A stretch of 64,000 bases of DNA, taken from positions 3,040,001 through 3,104,000 of the forward strand of contig OY829846.1 of the NCBI GenBank assembly GCA_963691875.1, read 5' to 3'. Under the pieces are notes generated by a model. That model made no database searches and was not told the DNA's origin. It was given only the letters and a program-made list of their open reading frames with translations. Source of the stretch: Aureliella sp. GTDB taxonomy: Bacteria > Planctomycetota > Planctomycetia > Pirellulales > Pirellulaceae. Shown here in pieces: positions 58,958-64,000 of this stretch (within the stretch, counting starts at the first letter, position 1; each line of letters opens with the position of its first letter). The position numbers and the translations under genes were made by a program.

Positions 58958-60151
58958 TTACAGGGACCAGTGAGCCTGTCGTAGCACCGCATGGGAAGAG
59001 CCTTGAAGCTTTTCGTACCATACTGTCAAAAGGCTCTCGTCATTTAGTTGCACCGTGCTGGGATAGCCCAAGTCACCGCTGGTTGCATCAGCTGAAATTG
59101 CAATCGCTTCGTTCCAGCTCTTGCCTTCGTCTTCACTGATTCGAGCCTGATTGCCAAGCGGGGCTCGCCGGTGACCGTAGCTCATCAAGAGTCTTCCGTC
59201 TCGGAGCCTCAACAGAAACGAAGGCAGTCCCCAGACGCCGATGGACTGAGGCACACTCCAAGTCTTGCCGCCGTCGCTCGATTCAGCCTGAAGTGTTTCG
59301 CGATCATTCTTCGGATTTTGATTGCGAATATGGACGACGATCTTGCCGCTAGGTGCCTCCACCGCATGCAGCTCGTGGTACTCGGCACTCGAATCGCCTT
59401 CACGCACCGGAATATCTGCTAGCCACTGCCAGCTCTGGCCATCGTCGGTGGATTGGCAGACACCGACCCGCTTTTCGCCCGTCCACAGTTCCTTTCCCGC
59501 ATAGAGCAGACGGCCATCAGAAAGTTGGATCGGCCCATGCGGACTGTTGACGATGCTGGAGTAACGCTCGGACCATGTGGTTCCGCCATCCGTGGAACGA
59601 ATCATCCATTGCCCGAGTTCTTTACTGCGCTGCGCATCGGTGATCCGATTGTGGACACTCATCCAGCGGCTCATCTTTTCGGCAGACCATGCTCCCTCCG
59701 AACCCGCCGCACGCTGGCTGGCGGCTTTCAATGTGTAGTGCCAGTATGCGTCTGACGTAAAAGTGGTCGCAAGCAAAGCTCCGCTAGCCGTTTCCACAAT
59801 TCCCGCATCGCGATCATCCATCGGGCCATCAAGCAGTGTTCGCGGCCAAGTCCAGGTCTTGCCGTTGTCCGTCGATCGCATCATGTCGACACGACCAAAG
59901 GGACAAACGTGCGCTTCTCGACCGCCTGACCAAACGACAAACAGCTCGCCATTCTTGCGTCGAGTCACCGTGGGCCAGCCGCAGTAAAGATGAGGTGTTT
60001 TACTGATCACGCTGAACTCGACCTGTGAAGGTTTCCTCAGCGTGCTATGGCTTGCGGCACGGCCATGGCGAGAAAGCCAGACGGTAGATGTGCTCGCGAC
60101 GCCAGTAGCGAGTGCACTTCGACGCGATATCGTTTTTGAAAGGTTAGACAT
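58958..60151 (-). CDS. Tat-exported sialidase-family (BNR) protein
   Basis: SRRSAL twin-Arg; five S.D.G.T/SW Asp-boxes; DLGYP. Confidence 0.88.
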   Translation of the reverse strand: MSNLSKTISRRSALATGVASTSTVWLSRHGRAASHSTLRKPSQVEFSVISKTPHLYCGWPTVTRRKNGELFVVWSGGREAHVCPFGRVDMMRSTDNGKTWTWPRTLLDGPMDDRDAGIVETASGALLATTFTSDAYWHYTLKAASQRAAGSEGAWSAEKMSRWMSVHNRITDAQRSKELGQWMIRSTDGGTTWSERYSSIVNSPHGPIQLSDGRLLYAGKELWTGEKRVGVCQSTDDGQSWQWLADIPVREGDSSAEYHELHAVEAPSGKIVVHIRNQNPKNDRETLQAESSDGGKTWSVPQSIGVWGLPSFLLRLRDGRLLMSYGHRRAPLGNQARISEDEGKSWNEAIAISADATSGDLGYPSTVQLNDESLLTVWYEKLQGSSHAVLRQAHWSL

Positions 60152-60288
60152 GACGAACTCGGTTGGGTGGGATGGCTAGCAGGGTGGTCAAGTTGACGAG
60201 ATCATTTTAAGGTTTCTGCTCTTTGCATTTATTCCTGCGCTCCATTTCCAGCGACTATTTTTCTTTTTCTGCTTCGCCAGAGCCTGAC

Positions 60289-61770
60289 ATGAATACGGAC
60301 AAACGCAGTGACGACAATCTAGAATTGCTCAGGAAGGCCTACGATCCCGAGGCTTTTCGAGAGCAAGGTCATAAGCTGGTTGACCAGCTAGCCGATCACC
60401 TTGCCGACAGCCTGAACGGCGAGCATAAGCAAACCATCCCGTGGCAAGAACCGGAGGAATCCGTTGCCTTTTGGCGAGACTTTGCTGCGGGCTCGGCCGC
60501 CACGACCGAAACCTTTGCACAAGAATTTCTATCACGCAGCGTGCGGATCAGCGATCCGCGATTTCTCGGGCATCAGATATGTGAACCGGTTCCGACAGCA
60601 CAGCTTGCCTCATTGGCAGTGGAAATGCTTAACAACGGTTCTGGGGTCTATGAAATGGGCATGGCTGGGACAGGCATGGAGAAGTATGTCGTGAGGCAAG
60701 TTGCGGAAGCCTTTGGTTTCTCCGACGCGGCCGACGGATTCATGACTAGCGGCGGAACACTCGCCAACTTAACAGCCATGCTTGCCGCAAGAGCGGCTCG
60801 AGGGAACGGCGAGGATTGGCAAGTAGGAACGGCATGCAGCAAGTATTCAATTCTGGTTTCCGACCAAGCTCACTACTGTGTAGATCGGGCCATTCGCATC
60901 ATGGGTTGGGGCAACGACGGCTTGATCCTGGTGCCGACGAACGATCGATTTCAAATGCGTACGGAGTTACTTCCCGATCTACTTGCGCAAGCCAAAGCTG
61001 AGGGACGACAAGTCCTAGGAGTCGTCGGCAGTGCTTGCTCCACTTCTACTGGCTCCTTTGACGACCTGCAAGCGATCGGACAATTCTGTCAGGCCAACGC
61101 TCTATGGTTTCACGTCGACGGAGCGCACGGCGCGGCCTTGGCCTTTTCCAAGACTCATCGACGGAAACTCGCTGGTATCGAGTTGGCAGACAGTGTTGTT
61201 ATCGATTTTCACAAGATGATGATGACTCCGGTGCTAAGCAGCGCTTTGGTATTCCGCAAAGGAGAAGACAGCTTTCGAGCATTCAGCATCGAAGCCGAGT
61301 ATTTGTTTGCGCGTGACGCGGGACAGCTGGACCACTTCAATCTTGCACGCCGCACCTTCGAATGCACGAAAAGTGTCTTGTCGGCCCGAGTGTACAGCAC
61401 TTTTGCGATACAAGGCACGAAGCTTTTCGAAGCTAACATCGACAGGCTACATCAGTTGACCGAGCAGTTTGCAGCGATGGTGGAATTGCACCCTCATTTT
61501 GAACTCTGCGTTGAGCCCGAAACTAATATCGTCTGCTTCCGATACGCAGGCCCAAGTGCTGAGCCTTCTCACTCCGAGTGCAACGATCGACTCCGAGATG
61601 AGTTGATCCGTGAAGGCGAGTATTACATCGTCAAAACGAAGCTCCACGGAGAGACGTGGCTGCGATGTACTGTTGCGAATCCGTTTACGGCCGAAGAAGA
61701 ACTCAATGGACTGCTGAAGAGGTTGGTGGAGCTTGCGATTACTCCACACCACGAAAAACTCGACCACTAA
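60289..61770 (+). CDS. Group II PLP-dependent decarboxylase
   Basis: TSGGTLANL, AHYC, WFHVDGAHG, ADS..IDFHK. Confidence 0.92.
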   Translation: MNTDKRSDDNLELLRKAYDPEAFREQGHKLVDQLADHLADSLNGEHKQTIPWQEPEESVAFWRDFAAGSAATTETFAQEFLSRSVRISDPRFLGHQICEPVPTAQLASLAVEMLNNGSGVYEMGMAGTGMEKYVVRQVAEAFGFSDAADGFMTSGGTLANLTAMLAARAARGNGEDWQVGTACSKYSILVSDQAHYCVDRAIRIMGWGNDGLILVPTNDRFQMRTELLPDLLAQAKAEGRQVLGVVGSACSTSTGSFDDLQAIGQFCQANALWFHVDGAHGAALAFSKTHRRKLAGIELADSVVIDFHKMMMTPVLSSALVFRKGEDSFRAFSIEAEYLFARDAGQLDHFNLARRTFECTKSVLSARVYSTFAIQGTKLFEANIDRLHQLTEQFAAMVELHPHFELCVEPETNIVCFRYAGPSAEPSHSECNDRLRDELIREGEYYIVKTKLHGETWLRCTVANPFTAEEELNGLLKRLVELAITPHHEKLDH

Positions 61771-61809
61771 GACCAGACCACACGAACCGTCGATCCGAGA
61801 ACTAGATTT

Positions 61810-61856
61810 GGTAGGGCGGACGCCGTCGATGTCGAGTCCACTTGATCCGCCATACC
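61810..61856. terminator. Stem-loop between convergent genes
   Basis: GGTAGGGCGGA ... TCCGCCATACC (10/11 complementary). Confidence 0.35.
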
Positions 61857-61999
61857 TTATTCGTTGACATTGTCAGAGCCTGACAAACTCCTCGAATGCG
61901 TTTCCTTTAGACTGATCTTAGAAACTTATAGACCTAAAGCCCACTTTCGTTGCGAGAATTAAGTGGAGGGCATCGAGCAGTGTCCCGACGCACCAAGCA

Positions 62000-62752
62000 C
62001 TAGCGATTACCAATGTATATCGTAGCGACCCCGAGTGTTAGCGGATTTACTGAAACGTCTTTCAAGCCTGCCGCCTCCATGCGGTCGGCGAAAGCTTGTC
62101 CACACGGAAACTCAGCGACACTGTTAGGCAAGTATTCATAGGCTTCTCGATTATTTTTCGCAAAGGTTTGCCCCACACGTGGGAGTACATGCTTGAAATA
62201 ACCTTGGTAGAGCTGCCGAAGTCCTGGCACGGTAGGCTTGGAAAATTCGAGCACGCATACCTGACCCCCAGGAGCGCACACACGCGTCATCTCCCGAATC
62301 CCTTGATCCGTGTCCTGCACATTCCGGAGACCGAAAGCTACTGTCACAGCCTGAAATCTCTCGTCCTCGAAGGGCAGGTTTTGTGAGTCGGCTTCTAAAA
62401 ATTCAACCGGATGATCAAACCGAGAACGCTCATGCTTGTCACGAGCACGTTGTAGCATCGGGGCACAAAAGTCTGTCCCAATCACGTTGACACGTCCGTC
62501 AACCTTTTTGGCCAGCATCAGTGCCAAATCTCCTGTGCCAGTGCAACAGTCAAGAATCGGCTGATCCTGATCGAGACGGAGTAGTGAAAGAACTCGCTTT
62601 CGCCAGGTAATGTCGATTCCTAGCGAGAGCACGTGGTTCATCAGGTCGTACCGAGGTGCAATCTGCGCGAACATGTCCCGCACGCGCTCTCCACTTTTAT
62701 CTATTCCACTCACTGGCGCCGCTATGTTCGAGATAATGTTCGGATCTGGCAT
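62000..62752 (-). CDS. ubiE: Demethylmenaquinone methyltransferase UbiE/MenG
   Basis: [51 protein letters not shown]. Confidence 0.93.
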   Translation of the reverse strand: MPDPNIISNIAAPVSGIDKSGERVRDMFAQIAPRYDLMNHVLSLGIDITWRKRVLSLLRLDQDQPILDCCTGTGDLALMLAKKVDGRVNVIGTDFCAPMLQRARDKHERSRFDHPVEFLEADSQNLPFEDERFQAVTVAFGLRNVQDTDQGIREMTRVCAPGGQVCVLEFSKPTVPGLRQLYQGYFKHVLPRVGQTFAKNNREAYEYLPNSVAEFPCGQAFADRMEAAGLKDVSVNPLTLGVATIYIGNR

Positions 62753-63268
62753 GCGTATAATATTCCTGACCCACGGCGGATGATAGGTGGTAGCTGCTGC
62801 GCGTTATCGAAAGCTGGAACTCACCGGCATCTCAATTACCGCAACGCGTTCGCTCAGACAACAATTCCCGTGCCCTGGAGAGCTAGCATGGCTCACCGAG
62901 AGGCTTTGTTGCGGATCTACAGGAAAGCCAACTGTTATCTGAGGCACCAGCTTAGTGTTTGCCTATTTCTTGACAAGATTTGCTTAAAACAAGTAGTTTG
63001 GTAGTTGGGTACTTAATTCCTCTCATTTCGCTTTCCTAACGCTACCAAGAAGCAATTTGTAGTCTTTTGGACTGAAATATCAGTATTTCTCGTCGGTCTT
63101 GCACATTTAGCGCGTCGATGGAGAAACTACCGGATAGGTGAGCTAGAGTTAAAAGGGCCTGCTGACCTTCTTCGCGACGGCTCAGGAAAATGGCTGCTAG
63201 TCTGGTACGGCACCAGGGCTTCACCAGTGTGCGACTTGTAAGAAGGCGAGGACTCGCTGGGTTGGATC

Positions 63269-64000
63269 ATGGGAACAGATGAGTCAGATTTCGGACTACC
63301 GGGGCCTCCGAGCGACGAGTCAACGCGACTCGGCAATGGTGGCGATAACGACTCGTTAGAATTTGACTCACTTGATTTCGACTACGACTCCCGCGAAATC
63401 AAAACCAATCTCGCTGGCGTCCTCGGCGAGTACATCTTGCTTGACTCGATTGGCGCCGGTGGCATGGGAAAGGTGTTTCGAGCTGAGCATCGGACCATGA
63501 ATCGCCAAGTCGCACTCAAGATCTTAAGCGACGAGTTTTCGAACAAGAAGGCGTTGCTACAGCAGTTCTTTTCCGAAATTCGGGCTGTCGCTAAGTTTAT
63601 GCACCCGAACATTGTCACTGCCTTCGACGCTGGCAGCTCGGGCGGTATCCATTACTTGGTGATGGAGTTAGTCGAGGGCAACCCACTTTCGGCTACCGTG
63701 AAACGCGAAGGCCCGATGACGATGGCGGGCGCTGTAAGCGTTTTGGAACAGGCGGGAAGAGCTCTGTCGTATGCCCACAGCTTGGGAATCGTGCACCGAG
63801 ATATCAAGCCGGGCAACATGATGCTGACGCACGATGGCGTTCTCAAAATTTTGGACTTTGGTTTAGCCCGCATCTCCAATCAGCAGATTCTGACTGGCAA
63901 GACGAAGCGATACTTCATGGGGACTCCGGAATACATGTCCCCGGAGCAAATCGAGAATCCAGACAGCGTCGATGGACGAAGCGATCTGTACAGTCTGGGA
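63269..64000 (+). CDS. Serine/threonine protein kinase (runs off the window end)
   Basis: IGAGGMGKV, VALK, HPNIV, HRDIKPGN, DFGLA, GTPEYMSPEQ, SDLYSLG. Confidence 0.95.
   Translation, partial: MGTDESDFGLPGPPSDESTRLGNGGDNDSLEFDSLDFDYDSREIKTNLAGVLGEYILLDSIGAGGMGKVFRAEHRTMNRQVALKILSDEFSNKKALLQQFFSEIRAVAKFMHPNIVTAFDAGSSGGIHYLVMELVEGNPLSATVKREGPMTMAGAVSVLEQAGRALSYAHSLGIVHRDIKPGNMMLTHDGVLKILDFGLARISNQQILTGKTKRYFMGTPEYMSPEQIENPDSVDGRSDLYSLG

Overview
Chromosomal DNA from a Planctomycetota bacterium, probably Pirellulaceae-like (DUF1549/DUF1553, DUF1501, DUF1559, LEPR-XLL adhesin, sulfatases, ECF sigma and Ser/Thr kinase genes). Bases 1 to ~18,870 are the distal part of a large integron-type gene-cassette array. 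It holds about 25 mostly single-gene cassettes, each followed by an attC-like imperfect palindrome (..AAC ... GTT..) with two conserved extrahelical bases. The array includes an exactly duplicated cassette whose identity ends at the G|TT crossover, one cassette with an inverted ORF, and a 5'-intact to 3'-decayed gradient. No integrase lies in the window; orientation predicts it upstream of base 1, or else this is a CALIN. The duplicated cassette encodes what looks like a circularly permuted, serine-less acyl-carrier-protein-like membrane protein. The remainder is backbone: nusB, scpB, thiS-thiG, an ECF sigma/FecR/DUF1553/DUF1501 operon interrupted by an inverted-repeat-flanked four-helix-bundle gene, two sulfatases, TolC plus a 2.6k-aa adhesin, a Popeye/cNMP membrane protein, a cytochrome P460-multiheme fusion, a sialidase, a PLP decarboxylase, ubiE/menG and a partial Ser/Thr kinase. 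All family assignments come from motif recognition by eye; no searches were run.
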